NCBI GenBank assembly: GCA_009103225.1
Contig: RHPI01002615.1
Coordinates: 355,857 to 419,856 of the forward strand
Length of the DNA: 64,000 nt
Direction: 5' to 3'
DNA from: Chlorokybus atmophyticus
Taxonomy: Eukaryota; Plantae; Mesostigma and Chlorokybus algae
Within the stretch, counting starts at the first letter, position 1. Each line of letters starts with the position of its first letter. The notes under the pieces were generated by a model. That model was given only the letters and a program-made list of their open reading frames with translations, made no database searches and was not told the origin of the DNA. Shown here piece by piece: positions 1 through 16,400 of this stretch. The position numbers were made by a program, and so were the translations under genes.

Positions 1-1113
1 AGTGTCATGTGTAGGTGGTGCTGATGATATTAATGCCTCAAGTCATGTGCTGCTGATTGCCCGAGGGTGTAGTGTCTTAGAGTGTGTAGTGTCGTGTTTG
101 TGGTGTAGTGTTACAAGTTGTGCTTTGGCCCCCGCCTAATTCTATGATTTGTTGTGCTGTTTGTTTGGGTTTGCTAGAGTGCTTGCATCTTGCGAACAAT
201 CTTGGAGTGTGCTTAGCGCAGCTCTCGTATGATATCTATGTAACCAACAATGCAATGAAAGAAAATGTACAGCTATGTCACATTATGCCTATATGAACGA
301 AATGATGACATGTTACTCAAAGTGCATTGACTATGAACAATGAGTTTTCAGAAATCAATTCACCTTTCACTATTGCAGCTTACTTGCTGACTTACTTGAC
401 TATATATCAAACTGAATCGACTTTCATCAAAGGTGATGTTAACTTCAATGTATGAAGCTGTGAGTGACAATCTTTGATCAGAACAAGTGAAATTAGCCTA
501 TTCATCATGTAATTGACAACAACTTTTTAAACTGTGTCATTGGACCTGTATAGTCAGTACGGTTAACAACTAACAATTGAATGAATTTTGCGTTTGTGCT
601 TTGCCCACGTTCGCATGAAGCAACCATGAAAACCTTGCACCACTTTCAGACCAGCAGTACATCGTCTGCTACCGCATGTCTCATATCCAAATTGACGTAG
701 TATCCTGTGGTATGTCTGATTTGCTTCAACAGCACTTCATATTGTAACACATGTTTATCACAACAGCTGCGATGTGTAGTACGTAGGATAGCATGATGCA
801 TGCTTGTTGTTACTTAGCAGTATGAAGTCTTGCCTACCCAGTGCATGCAAGCAGTCATGACGCAGGACTCGCATGCGTAGCAACAATACTCACGTCAATA
901 AGTAATGAGGTGTACCCGGCCTCCAACTAGGTAGCGTCAATCTGAACTCGCAACACACCCTACACTGAGCAACCACACCCTAAGCAAGCACACCCAACAA
1001 CTAGTACCGCTGCTGGCAACATATTGAGCTTGTGTGCTACTTACAACTGTCACACAATCGCATGGAAATGAACTACCAGATGGCAGACTTTGTAGAAAAA
1101 TAACAATCCCCTC

Positions 1114-4478
<3,365 letters not shown>

Positions 4479-5008
4479 GTTGCCGCCGCCTCAGCTGTTC
4501 CCGCTCAAACCGCCGCCGACGAAAGCAAGGCACTGTGTGTGACGACAGAGTAACCCGTCATGCATTGGCGTGGCTCAATGAAGTCTTGATTCAAGATGAA
4601 CTACTACTTGGTGTTAACCTAAAGAAAGAATACATTTCTATGAAGAGATCTACTACCGGTAATGCACTACAGTAACTAGCGGTGCGGCTGATTGGGCGGG
4701 ATTGGGCCGGCCGGCCAGCCGGGAGGCCGGCATTAGGGCACAAAGACACATCACGCGCACTGAGGGCCATCACACACGGCACCCGAGACTACATGCCTGC
4801 CGCGCATACCGAGCAGCCTGCCTGCCTCTCATTGGCTATGCGACGTTTATCAGCTATCAGCCATTCGACTTGTGTTGAACAAACCTCAACATTCCAAAGC
4901 ACATCCCCATACTGTGCAATTGCACAAAACATATGCGAGTGAATAAAAGAATCCATTCATGTTGAGCACAACATGCACGGTGCACACATGCGTCATGTGT
5001 GCGTTGTA

Positions 5009-5461
5009 CAGTCCACACCCGCTAAACGACTTTGCTCCAAGAGAATAACCCCGCTTGCAGCATACGTTCTGAGATCACCAACGATTTTACAGGGTAATGT
5101 TAGTGCTTAAGAGAATATGACTAACCGCGAAGAGCATAACATTTTTCATGACATTTTTGCAAATGTCAGTGTGCGTATTCTTACCATTGAGGGAGTAGCG
5201 CGTGACGGGTGTGTCATCAGGCGTAATTAGTGTGATAGAAAAGGCGTGATGGGTACAGTGTCATGCGTAATTAGCGTAATGAGCGTGATTGCATAATACG
5301 TGACATAATGCGGGTGATGTAATGGGCGTGATGGGCTGCTTTATAGCATACAAATGCTCTTAATGTTTAAGGGCATATTATGCTTTTTAACGCCAAGAGC
5401 ATAACCCCGCCAGGAGCAAACTATCTTTGAAAACAAATAGCATGTTAAAAGGGGTAGACTG
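5009..5461. mobile_element. MITE-like non-autonomous DNA element, copy A (Tc1/mariner-pogo-like ends)
   Basis: Begins TA|CAGTCCACACCCGCTAAAC and ends GTTAAAAGGGGTAGACTG|TA, i.e. imperfect terminal inverted repeats flanked by TA. It carries a subterminal AAGAG(A/C)ATAACCCCG motif and has no ORF. Confidence 0.55.
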
Positions 5462-5515
5462 TACAATATATGTTTCAATGTAAATAAGTACGTACTACTA
5501 TGTACCTTAACTGTA

Positions 5516-5987
5516 CAGTCTACCTCGTTATAACAATCACGTGTATCTTTCATATTATCAACGGGGTTATTCTCTTGGCGTTTACAATAATATAATATAT
5601 ATAATATATACTGTTTTAATTTTTACATAATATATATTTTACTAACAGGGGTATTGCAAAATAACCGTAAGCCACGTTATTATGGTTTAACGTGGCATAA
5701 ATTGAATTGATAATAGTCAATAATAAGTTAATTATGTACGTAACTATATACGAGTCTTGTAATATGTGTATGCTTATCATATTTAAAATAAACATGCCAT
5801 TAACAAGGTATTCCCCCGTAACAAGACTGAGCTCACACAAAATTCTAACCCTTCATTGTAGTCTTATATCGTACAAAACTACTCCCCTATCGATAATATT
5901 AGCCTGTAAAAGCATTGGATGTTTGCAAATCTATGATCTCAACGGGGTTATTTTAATAAACCGAAGTCTTTTAACGGGGGTAGACTA
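5516..5987. mobile_element. MITE-like element, copy B, inverted relative to copy A
   Basis: The left end TA|CAGTCTACCTCGTTATAAC...CGGGGTTATTCTCTTGGCGTT matches the reverse complement of A's right end (13/13 at 5453-5465 vs 5512-5524; 20/21 at 5389-5409 vs 5562-5582). The right end resembles A's left end. The interior is AT-rich. Confidence 0.5.
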
Positions 5988-5989
5988 TA

Positions 5990-6098
5990 TAGTCTACCCT
6001 TTTGTAAGAACATACTGTTATCCTCAAAAACCGTATGCTCTTGAACGTTAAGAGCATATATATGCTATAAGCGCAAATTCATTACGCCCATCACGCCT
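5990..6098. mobile_element. Truncated third copy of the same MITE end
   Basis: TAGTCTACCCTTT...TATGCTCTTGAACGTTAAGAGCATATATATGCTATAAGC...GCCCATCACGCC resembles the reverse complement of A's right portion (about 5322-5377). It abuts copy B, forming a perfect 22-bp palindrome at 5978-5999. Confidence 0.45.
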
Positions 6099-8338
6099 AT
6101 TGGTCGGGCCGGCCTGTCGGCATTCAACCTACATACATCCCGCGCTATGGCCATCACACGGCGCCCGCGACTGCCGGGCTGCGCGGCAGTATGTGCGGCC
6201 CGCCTGCTGCTCATTGGCTAGGAGGCGAGAACAAGCGGTACACCGTTAGATCAACCTAAACACGATCCTGGCCGTCCAAAGCACATCCACTTTTCCAAGC
6301 GCATGCCAATAAATGTAAAAATAAGCACAATTCTGCATACGTGGCCGCTTATGGCTGCATGTTGATAAATATAATGTGTTACATTAATATTGATAAACAT
6401 GCTGCAATATGGTGCAATATGGTGCCATATGATTAGCAAATGCTGTTAAGTGTTTCAAAACTTAATAACCAACGTAACGTTCACGCCACGGTACGTGCTG
6501 CAATACTCAGTCCATAATGCCGAGGTTACGACCATCAAAATACTGCTAACCTGAATTACCTTAACGTTAAGATTCAACTAAACGAAAAATTGCATCGTTA
6601 GACCACCATTTGGTCACGCATGAGATTGATAAAATGGGATCGCAACAGTGACAACAGCCAGTTGCTCAAAAAGGCAGCGAAATGGCCAATCATTGCAAAG
6701 ATGCGTAAAAAGTGCTAAAAAATATCTCAGCGGCAACCGCTTACCAACGGCGACCCAAAATCGCTAGGGATTTGGTGCAATTGCGGCACAGTTGTGGTTA
6801 AAACGACCGCGTTTTTGGCGGTACGAGGTCGGGGCAGGCCCCATACCCCAAACACATGCCGCCACTACTCACCCTCGTTCTAACTGATCCACTCTACCCT
6901 TTAACGCTAATTGATTACACGTTATAGTTACTGCGTCATCAAACATGGTCAACAGCCGAACAAGCATTCAAGTTGTTCAATTATCTCTCATACCATAGCA
7001 GACGCCGTATAATCAACCATTGGCTGTTATAATTGATCTTGATAAACATTGGTAAAAGAATGTAACGTGATGTAAAAGCGATGTTGATGATTGCCTTAAA
7101 TGTTATGCAAATTCATTCATTCAGCAATTTTATGATTGCTTGCCATTTCAATATGAATGGCAATAATATGCCGCACATGCTAACCAATCAAATCAATGTG
7201 CGCGACGCATTTAACCAAAAATGACGCGCTTTAAATGTCCAATATCCATACATATTGAAGTATTAAAGAGCAGATACGGTAGTTTTTGTTTATAATAAGT
7301 TAAAAGTGATCGATCGTCACAAGTTTCATTCAGTTGTTTATATGCTATCAAGTACTGGTCGATCCTATCAAGAAGGAGGGTCCATAATCTTTAAATACAA
7401 TTGTGAATGATGACCACACTTGGTGTCGATACAAGAACATTTGCTCCATATCATTGTTTACTCAAGTGATCACACCTATTGAAATGATTAATAGTGAGCT
7501 TGACATACTAGTCGACAAACCGTACCAATCATTTAAGTAGTCAACAACAAAAGTATTACGCAATTATGACATCATGAGTTGTACGTGCCACTTCGTGCTG
7601 ATCGTAATTACTTTACTTTGCAATCAGGTTTGGAGATGAGCGGCACACGACAAAGACAGCAATGGTGGATGTATGAAATACATCTCGCAGGTGTGCTGTG
7701 CTGTAATTCAAGACCCCTAAGGTTGGTTGGTTGACCCATTGGTACCTGCCAATTGCCTGTCCCACTCCCATTACATTGCGTAGCACAAAACAGCACTTAA
7801 GGTAGCGAGTAGGTGGCCCCGGGTGCAGTAGTGATTGCCTCTGCTTGTTGTGGCTGCTCTGCTTGCCCTCTTATGCATCTCTGCCTGCGCACGCATGTTT
7901 GTGCGTGACATATGACGATCTATACCCTACACAACTAGCTTCATTTGCATCAACTAGTCATTATAGGCAGTTGATAGTCCGCACACAACATCATAGCCAG
8001 CCACTACAATCTACTTTTCAGGAAAAACATAACTCAATCAGCAACTCAAAAAGCTATGTAAGCAACTCATCAGGCATCGGGCTACACGTTGCGCTCAGTT
8101 TGCATGAACTTGTGTCTCCACTGCTGTATAGAACGCATGCAAAGCAAACGCCTCCCCCCCTCCAACTCCATCCCACACCCTATACATAGCAGCAGCCTCC
8201 ACTCCCTTAGCGCTGTTCCCAACTCATTTATCAGTGCAAAAGCCATAAATATAAGGTACTATAAGTACGCCATATATATACATATATATATAACCATTCC
8301 TTTTTGCCAACACAACATTGCCACAAGTCCTCTCTCCC

Positions 8339-9589
8339 TCACTGTCTGATCGCCTGGAACAGGTCTTGAAGCCGCATGTTGGCATTGGCCGCCCCGTCCG
8401 GCAGCACAAATTCCATGAAGACGGTCCTGCACCCGGGCGCTGCACATCTAAACACCCTCACCTTGTCCTCCCCCTCCTCACCGTCATCCTCACCCTCACC
8501 CTCACCCTCTGCACGTGTCAAAGCCAACGACACCTCCTCGCACGCCACAGCGTGCGCCAAGCACACGCGCTCAGAGGAGAGGATTTGTTGTTGTTGTTGC
8601 TGTTGTTGATGTTGTTGCGTCTGTCGTTCTTTCAGTCGCTCAATGGCAGCGAGTCGGTTCTGTTCGGCTCGGCTGATGGACTGAAGCTCGGGTATCACCA
8701 TGGTTGCCTTGGGAGACGAATACACCTCATTGTTGTTGTCGTTGTTGATGTTTTTGGGTTGTTCCTCCAGCGCTTCATTCGATAGGTATCTTTGCGTGGG
8801 GACTTCACTACCATCATCATCATCATCATTAGCAGCTTCGTTATCAACTTGAACAACAGGAGACTCTTGATGTTGATGTCTCATCCCCTCCGAAGACACC
8901 GCAGCCGCAACATCATCAAACCTTAGCGCCTTCTGAACCCTGTTGTGGCCTTCATCACCAACATCACGACTCCTAGGTTGTGGTGGTGGTGGTGTTAGTT
9001 GTTGTGTTGGTGTCACTTGTTGTGTTGGTGTCAGTCGTTGTTGTGGTTGTTGTGTTGGTTGTTGTTGTTGTGTCGTTGTCAGTCGTGCTCGTTGTCTCTC
9101 AATGGCAGCGAGTCTGTTGCGCTCCATGCGTTCACGCTGCTCGGGCGTGATGCTCATGCTCATGTTGTTGGCTGCAATAGGAGGCGTCCCTGGAGGAGTC
9201 AAGTGGACTTGTGCCCGTTGTTGTGCCTGTAGTTGTGCCTGTTGCAAATGGGGTGACGACAAGTGGCCTTGTTGTTGGTTTTGTTTGAGGCGTAGTTTGT
9301 TGATGGCAGCGAGTCGGTTCTGTTCGCTTCGTCGGCGCTGTTCGGGCGTGATGTTGACGAGTGTGGGGCTGCTTGCTGGGGTGAGAGGAGGTGTTGATGG
9401 TGTTGGCGTGGAGTGCAATGGTGGTGTTGGGTTGGGAAATAGTGCTGTGGGGCGAAGAGGAGAGGAGTAGAGAGAGTGGGGGTGGTGATGATTAAGGGTT
9501 ATTGTCGCGTTGAGCATGACGCTGCCGCTGGTGTTGCTGCCCAACCCTGACTCGTCCTCGTCCTTGTCCTCGTGATCCTCTTCCTCCAT
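8339..9589 (-). CDS. Uncharacterised Q/P-rich protein with three RPA32C-binding-like motifs and a Cys/His C-terminal region
   Basis: 416-aa uninterrupted ORF free of intron-type repeats. It contains ITPEQRRRSEQNRLAAINKLR, ITPEQRERMERNRLAAIERQRAR and SISRAEQNRLAAIERLKER. An extra 3' exon at 7745-7613 is possible (CA|GTGAGG donor, phase-compatible acceptor) but unconfirmed. Confidence 0.75.
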   Translation of the reverse strand: MEEEDHEDKDEDESGLGSNTSGSVMLNATITLNHHHPHSLYSSPLRPTALFPNPTPPLHSTPTPSTPPLTPASSPTLVNITPEQRRRSEQNRLAAINKLRLKQNQQQGHLSSPHLQQAQLQAQQRAQVHLTPPGTPPIAANNMSMSITPEQRERMERNRLAAIERQRARLTTTQQQQPTQQPQQRLTPTQQVTPTQQLTPPPPQPRSRDVGDEGHNRVQKALRFDDVAAAVSSEGMRHQHQESPVVQVDNEAANDDDDDGSEVPTQRYLSNEALEEQPKNINNDNNNEVYSSPKATMVIPELQSISRAEQNRLAAIERLKERQTQQHQQQQQQQQILSSERVCLAHAVACEEVSLALTRAEGEGEGEDDGEEGEDKVRVFRCAAPGCRTVFMEFVLPDGAANANMRLQDLFQAIRQ

Positions 9590-10952
9590 GTGCTGTGGTT
9601 GTTGTGGTTGTTGGCGCCTTTAATTCTCTATCCCCTGATTCTCTCTCTGACGTAGTATGTGCCCTCGATGCGCGCGAGGCGTGTGTGTGGTTTTGCCTGT
9701 GCGTTTCAACAAGAGGTTGTAAGCAGCTGTTATAACAAAGAGGGAGTGACCAACAAGAGTACAGCTTGGCAGCTACCTGTTTCCGCGCGCGTGTGCGTGC
9801 ACATGCGCATGCAGAAACAAAGAGCTGTGTGCATACACGCACGTGCGTGGGCGTTGATGTTGTTTTGGACAATGAGACAATCCAGCAAATAAAGTACACT
9901 GGAAAATGAAACAACAGCCAAAAAAGAAACAGAAACAGAAACAGTAAACAGCGAACCATGGAGGGGGGGGGGGGAGGGGGGCACAACAAAAGCACAGAAA
10001 GCACAACAACCCCACGTAAAGACAAACACAAAATGCTGAGGACATGAGAAACGCGTGTAAACATGGAGCAGGGCCTGCGAGTGAGCGTATTTGCATGCAC
10101 ATAAAAACAGCTGCATCTACGTAAAGACACACAAGAATACTACCACACTATCACAAGAGATTACACCATAGGGTATGCATACCACCAAATAGACCCATGC
10201 ACATGCTGTTATGGACACATTTCTCCTGCAAATGCACTTCTCTATCTCACATTTACATGCGGCTGTATGAGCCTGCAGCTGCTGTGGATACTTGATAACA
10301 CTAGCAACGAAGTGATGCATGCATATAAGGCGGGATCAATGAGCTTACTTGTTTCAAGCTGTCACCAGAGCCGCAACATTATGGGACAAGAAATTGACAT
10401 TGAACGCCCAGCAAGCAGGAGTTTGCACTCGCTCTCTTGAACTCAAAAGGTGTCCTCTTTACTAATCGCACACACTCACTTACGTACATTGACGTCTGCA
10501 ACAAGCCTGAAGCTCCTGGCAAACGCCGCCGCCGCCGCAGCCGCCGGCCCACAATGCAGGGCCGAAAAGTTCTCTCATAAAGCAAACATGTCAGTCATAA
10601 TGTAACAATCACGTCCTGTGACAGCATAACGCGTGACGCTCACTGTGTCGCGCGCTGCGGTTGTCGCTGCACGCCCGCAGCCGGGCATCCAGTCCCACCC
10701 ACACACATAGCCGTTTGGCTGCCGATTGCATTCCTAATGGTAAAGTCATCCCTATCTGAAGGCGAGCGCCACGTAGCAGGCGGCGGCGGCAGACGAGGAG
10801 GAGGAGGACGAGGAGGAGGCTCAGGTGATAGAGGTCAGAAAACTTCTAACTGTCAGATCTTGGCAGCATGCGGCGGTGACGGTAGCAGCCTGGCGTTGTT
10901 GGCGCCGCCACACGCATGAAAGACAGAGCCGCTTTGGAGCGTATCTAGACAG

Positions 10953-10961
10953 AAACCCTAG
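10953..10961 (+). promoter_or_regulatory. Telo-box-like element (AAACCCTAG) about 100 bp upstream of the Gly-rich gene ATG
   Basis: AAACCCTA matches the plant telo-box core and lies in the 5' region of a gene. Confidence 0.35.
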
Positions 10962-11057
10962 TTGATTGTTGAGTGTTGAGTGTTTGGCAAACGAGACCCC
11001 AAGCCATTATTAGAGAGAGAAGAGAGAGAAAACTCTCCTCTCTCTCTCTGCAAGTCA

Positions 11058-11388
11058 ATGTCCATTTTCAGCAGGAAAACTCCTGTTCCTAGCCCGGCCG
11101 AAGATGACGGCGAGAAGGTGAATGATGCCACAACAGTGTGTTTGTAATCAGTATCTGTTTTGTGCATGCTTGCCGCTTTGTCCACTTTGATGCGTTTTGG
11201 CACACATACTTGACACGCAAAGTGCAATGCAAGGCTGGATTTGCAGCGAATGTGACTCAGTAATATCACATGTCATAGCCAAGCAATGACAAAAGGATTG
11301 CTTATATCAAGCACGTGAAAATGTTCCACCTCCAGGCCGCATTGTGCCGCATTGTAAAACTGTCAGGCATACACCTGTGCGTGTGCGT

Positions 11389-11419
<31 letters not shown>

Positions 11420-12492
11420 GTATTGCAGTCGTGTGTCTATCATCCTTCTGTCCACAACACCGCCATCCATGATTCTAATGCTTCGGTACAGAGCACACAC
11501 GCATGTACACGCTTGGCGTGGATGCCACATACGCGTCAAAAGCAGTGTGTAAATGCACATACATACATCGTGCGCACATACACCTTGATGCAAAAGCATC
11601 ATACACTCGTGCATGCGCACTAACGATGTTAACTGCAAACAACACACCGTCAGGGTGGCAGATGTCCTGTGACAATCAGTACTGAGATAAAACATACTTG
11701 TACAGTATGCATGTGCTTTGCAACCAACTTCTACTTTGACCGACATGGACTTGCCTTATTCCTTTGCCAGAGGGAGTTTGATTTCACAGAGAAGCCCACT
11801 CTTGTCGAGCCGGAGTGGGACCGCGCTGAGGTGAAGTGGCTTCCGCTGCGGCCGGACGAGGAGAGGGAGGAGCTGTTCAAGCCAAAGGTCGCGCCGCTCA
11901 TCGTGGGACCAGCAGCGGGATTTGGCATCGGGTGCGTGATGTGTTGTGTTTGTTGTAGAGTGTGTAAGACGGCAAAGAGTTGTCGTGTGTCAGTGCAGCT
12001 GCGAGTCTGCAGGGCTTGCGACGAGCGTGCTTGTATGTGTGTTGGCGAGTGCATACCTGCGCTTGTGGGCGTGTACATGCATGCCAGCGCGTGTGTGCCT
12101 GTTGCCGTGCTCATGAGCGTGTGCCAGTACGTGCGCGCGCGTGTGCTCGCGTATGTGTGCACATGTGTTCATACTATACTGTGCATGTCTGCTTGCGCAT
12201 GTGACTACATTCCAACATATCCATCCTCACCCCTCCCTCCCCTTCTCCCCTCCCTCCCAGTTGCGGCGCCGGTTTCGGCGTGGGTCTTACGGGCGGCCTC
12301 GGCTTCTCCTCCCACCTGTGGGGTTCCCTCCGTCTCGGCATCGGTTTCGGCGGCGGCTGCGGCGTCGGGATGGGCTACGGATACGGGGTCGGGAAAGCCA
12401 TCAAACTGCCGTTCCTGAGGAGAGAAGAGGATGATTTCAATGTGAGGAAACTGAAGGGGCCGAAGAATATGTCGCTGACTTATGATGGATGA
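11058..12492 (+). CDS. Small glycine-rich membrane protein, TGD5/AS8-like GxG-repeat family
   Basis: Exons 11058-11117 (MSIFSRKTPVPSPAEDDGEK), 11771-11931 (REFDFTEKPT...IVGPAAGFGIG) and 12261-12492 (CGAGFGVGLTGGLGF...GFGGGCGVGMGYGYGVG...YDG*) are phase-consistent. The GxGxGCGxGxG pattern is typical of the plant TGD5/AS8-like family. Confidence 0.75.
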
Positions 12493-13433
12493 GGGGGGCA
12501 GGAGGGGTGGGGTGGGGTGGTAGTTGGCATTCGAGATGCACGTGTGTAAGGTCTTGACAATATGCAGCACAGAGAGAGAGAGAGTTATGCAGCTGATAGC
12601 GTGTTGTAAAGAAACAAGTGAAAGAGAATTATTGGTAATGAACAAAGCGTACATGCGCATACTTGCAAGCGTGCGTGGAGACGCTGTCCACAGCTTATGA
12701 GTGTAGCATCACATACACCCTCCATGTTGTGTTTGATTGTTAAACGTGGAATTTTGCAAATACAACCAGGCACTAGTAGGCGACAAGGCGCGTAGGCTAT
12801 TGAGCTGCAGCAGGGCGCCCATCTGCTTCGCTGCAGTTTGTGTTGCGCGCGTTGTGAGTAGCGTGCATCACAGGTTTGTAATCCAACATATGTTGCATGG
12901 CAAGGACTGACAGTGACCGCCGTGGGCAGGTGATTATGACTTGTTCCTTCGCACTTGCATGTCTGATGGGGTGCTATTACGCAAGTGTAGGTAACGGCAG
13001 TGCTATAGTGAGGTAGCCTGGTGATGAATGTGCAATAGTTGTGAGTGTGCGTTGGTATTATGAGTGCATATGATATGCATGAACAGGCCTACACCGCATT
13101 GCTTGTACACACATTGCGGCAAATGATGTCATCAACATCGCAATGGATGGAAAGATCCTCACTAACCGCACCACCGCACAAACAAAACCTTGCAAAATCT
13201 ACAAAACCAACTACTCGCTGTTTCGCACGGGGCGTATTGTGCTAAACAGCCCCACGCTGTACCCCAACCCGCACCAAGCAATGGCAACTAGAGTGTATGT
13301 GTGTTTTGTAGAGATGCCCGCATGTACAGGTTACAGACCGGCGCAACTCTCTGTTATCCTGACCGGCCGAACCAACAAAACCAACCCAACAGAAAAAGCC
13401 AAAGCAACAAAATAATCAACCACGAGGTGCCCA

Positions 13434-16400
13434 CTAGCCTTGGCTCTTGTCCTGTGCAAGGAGCTTGCGCCATCTGTTTTTGACAACCCTCATGAGGTTG
13501 GGTGCTTCGGGCACGTGGACCATCTTGGCGACGGCGGTGACGGGGAGGCTGAGAGATCCGACAAGGACAGATGCAATCCATTGCTGGGAGGTGAGCGGTT
13601 GTGTCGAGGCAAAGGTGGACAGGAACTGCACGATGAGGTACTGGCACGACACTGTGAAGCCAATCACGCCGAGAAACACCTTGTTGTTCAGGATACCGTC
13701 GAACACATTGATGCGCTCCAGGTCCCGCGCACTCAGCTCGTTGAACACCTGCACACGAGTCCAACCTCAAAAGGGAGATGATACACTGTAACGTGATGGC
13801 TGTAGATGTGTATATATAATACAGGTACATGGACGGCGCCTATGCTACGCTACCACGCACAGTGAATGAGTGACAGCAAGTTTACGACAGTTTCAATAGT
13901 GTCCTGCCGGACGAGAAGGACAAAAGAGTGTCTTATGAAACATGCATACAAGGATAGTGAAACGGTAAGACACTTGGGTTACGCTTACTATCACAGCTGC
14001 GTACCTGGAGGAACACGAACACGTTAAAGATGAGGGTGTCCAACACCTTTGCGTCGTTCCACACATTGGAGGCCTCGATCTGGCCCATCCCAAACGGGGG
14101 CCTTTCCAGGCCGAACAACTCATAGCCGAACAACTGGATGCCAAACAGCACAATGAGCTGGAATATGATCTGCGTAATCATGTTGCGCCACATCGTGTTG
14201 GAAATCAGCTCCTCTCTGCATTACAAACCCAGAAGCCGAGCAGTCAGCCTCCAACACACGAGATAATGCAGCTCAGGATTATCATTAAAACCATCTTGAG
14301 CCTTACGTGCGGCCGTACGGCTTGCGTGACATCAGCCTCTCCGTAGGTGGCTCTGTGCCCAATGCAAGCGCACCCATCGTGTCCATGATGAGATTCACCC
14401 ACAACAGCTGCACGGCCGTGAGCGGCGCCACACCCATGGTGGCCGCCGACACGAAGTTGAGGGTCAATGCAACGACATTCACGGTCAGCTGGAACTGCAC
14501 GAACTTGCGGATATTTTCAAACACCGATCGACCCCATCGGACAACCTGCAAGGCCGAGTATGAACGCACGAGCATGTGCTGGTACAAGCGTGTAGACATC
14601 ATTGCCTGCTTTGTCCCATGCCACATAACGAGTGTGCTGGCACGCATACCGTGACAATGGTGGCAAAGTTGTCGTCCAGAATAACAACATCGGAGCTTTC
14701 TTTGGCGATCTCAGTGCCAGCGATGCCCATGGCAAGACCAATGTCAGCCTACATGAAGCAGTTAGCTGCTACTTACTAACACAACGCACAAGGACCTTGT
14801 CTGCCTTGCTCGACAACAACAACCTCAACACAGTACCTCGTGCAATGCAGGTGCATCGTTTGTGCCATCTCCAGTCACCGCAACCACTTCGCCCATCTCA
14901 CGCAGCAGCTTGACGAGGGTGTACTTGTCTGTTGGTGATGACCTCGCAAGAACCTGCAATGAGTGTTGCGGTTGCCGGCATGTTTGCATTGGTGTATGCT
15001 GAACTACCATCACTACTCACCTCCAAGCGCGGCACAATCTCCATCATCTGTTCCTTTGACAGCTTGCGGAACTCAGGTCCCTCCATGGCAATGCCATTGT
15101 CGGTGAGGATCCCGCACTCGCGTGCGATAGCCTTTGCAGTGACAATGTAATCGCCAGTGACCATACGCACCTGCCAAGGAATAAGTGAGACTCCAGGTCA
15201 CCAGCATTGACACACGTACCGTATTGTGAGCATAGAGCAGGTACCCGAGCACAGCATGCTCACAACAGCTAACAACTTTGCACCAACAATGCCTCAGCAA
15301 CCAAGTTTGCAGTACGAACCTTGATGCCAGCGCTTTGGCACTCACGCACAGCAGCAGGTACACCTGGCCTGCACGGGTCCTGCAAGCACATGCACTCGGG
15401 TCAGCATGCGGACCATCATACATACTTGGATGACACTACACACAATTCTCCTCACCTTGATGCCAACAACACAGAGCAAAGTTGACTCTTTGTCTGGAAG
15501 CGCCTCTTCACTCAAACCGTCGGCTTCATGCTCAGCAGCAACATCACAATACGTCAACGCCAATGTTCGCAAGCTCTCCTCGGCCATGCCAAGCACCATC
15601 CCTTGTAGCTCTTCCATCTATGGGAGTGCAACAATGTTGCCTTGCCTCCAACAGATGCAGTGCTAGGTGTGCGTGCCGATTGCATTATCACAAAGCTGCA
15701 GGTTTGAACAGACACCTTCTCGGGTGTGATGTCGACGACGCTGCCATCTGGAACCATCATCTTGGTGCAGTTCTTCAACCCGATCTCTGCTGCGCCCTTC
15801 CAGTGCATTCGCTTCAACCCATCCTCTGCCTAATGAACACAAAAAGTTATGAGAGAGAAGGAAATAGTGCTGCTGCTATACAACAGAGGAGCGAGAAATA
15901 CTGCTTCTATACAACAGACTCAACACGCAAATAAACCCTTGACTACCTGCACCAAAACGCCCATGCGCTTCTTGGAGGAGTTGAAAGGGACAACCCTCAA
16001 GAACTGCGCCTTGGCACGCTCAGCCTTGAAATCCGCCCCCATCTACCATAAGAATGGGCGTAAGTTGTATGCTGGATGAGGAAGTACCATACCAACCGCC
16101 TTTTAACATACGCTGGCATGCACAGCATGTGCAATGCACAAATAAGTGCACATGTACAGACAAATGTAAATCTGAAAACTGTGCGTCATGTAGCATCCAA
16201 AAGCAGTCGCAGCCATGCAAGGGGACCATTGAAACCCAGCCGACACTGATATTTGAAGAGCACCTGAGTGCCGTATAAGAGCACAGCATATTCTGTAGGC
16301 TTGCCTGCGATCTCCACCCGACCTTCCTGCAAGATAAGCAAGGACACAGTTACTAATTGTTAGGAATAGCAATGAGACCAGTCCCGCTTGCTACCACGAC

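Larger units (their letters stand above)
4700..6300 (+). repeat. Diverged GC-rich direct repeat pair (about 4700-4910 and 6105-6290) bracketing the MITE cluster
   Basis: Shared colinear blocks: GGCCATCACAC (4765/6149), CTCATTGGCTA (4828/6210; CCAAT on the minus strand) and TCCAAAGCACATCC (4893/6275). Confidence 0.6.

Noticed and set aside
302-390. ATGATGA...CTGA resembling a C/D-box snoRNA
   Set aside because: There is no terminal stem, no clear C'/D' boxes and no recognisable rRNA guide.
6480-7560. AT-rich, microsatellite-free stretch that could be a transposon relic
   Set aside because: No ORF, terminal repeats or target-site duplication could be identified.
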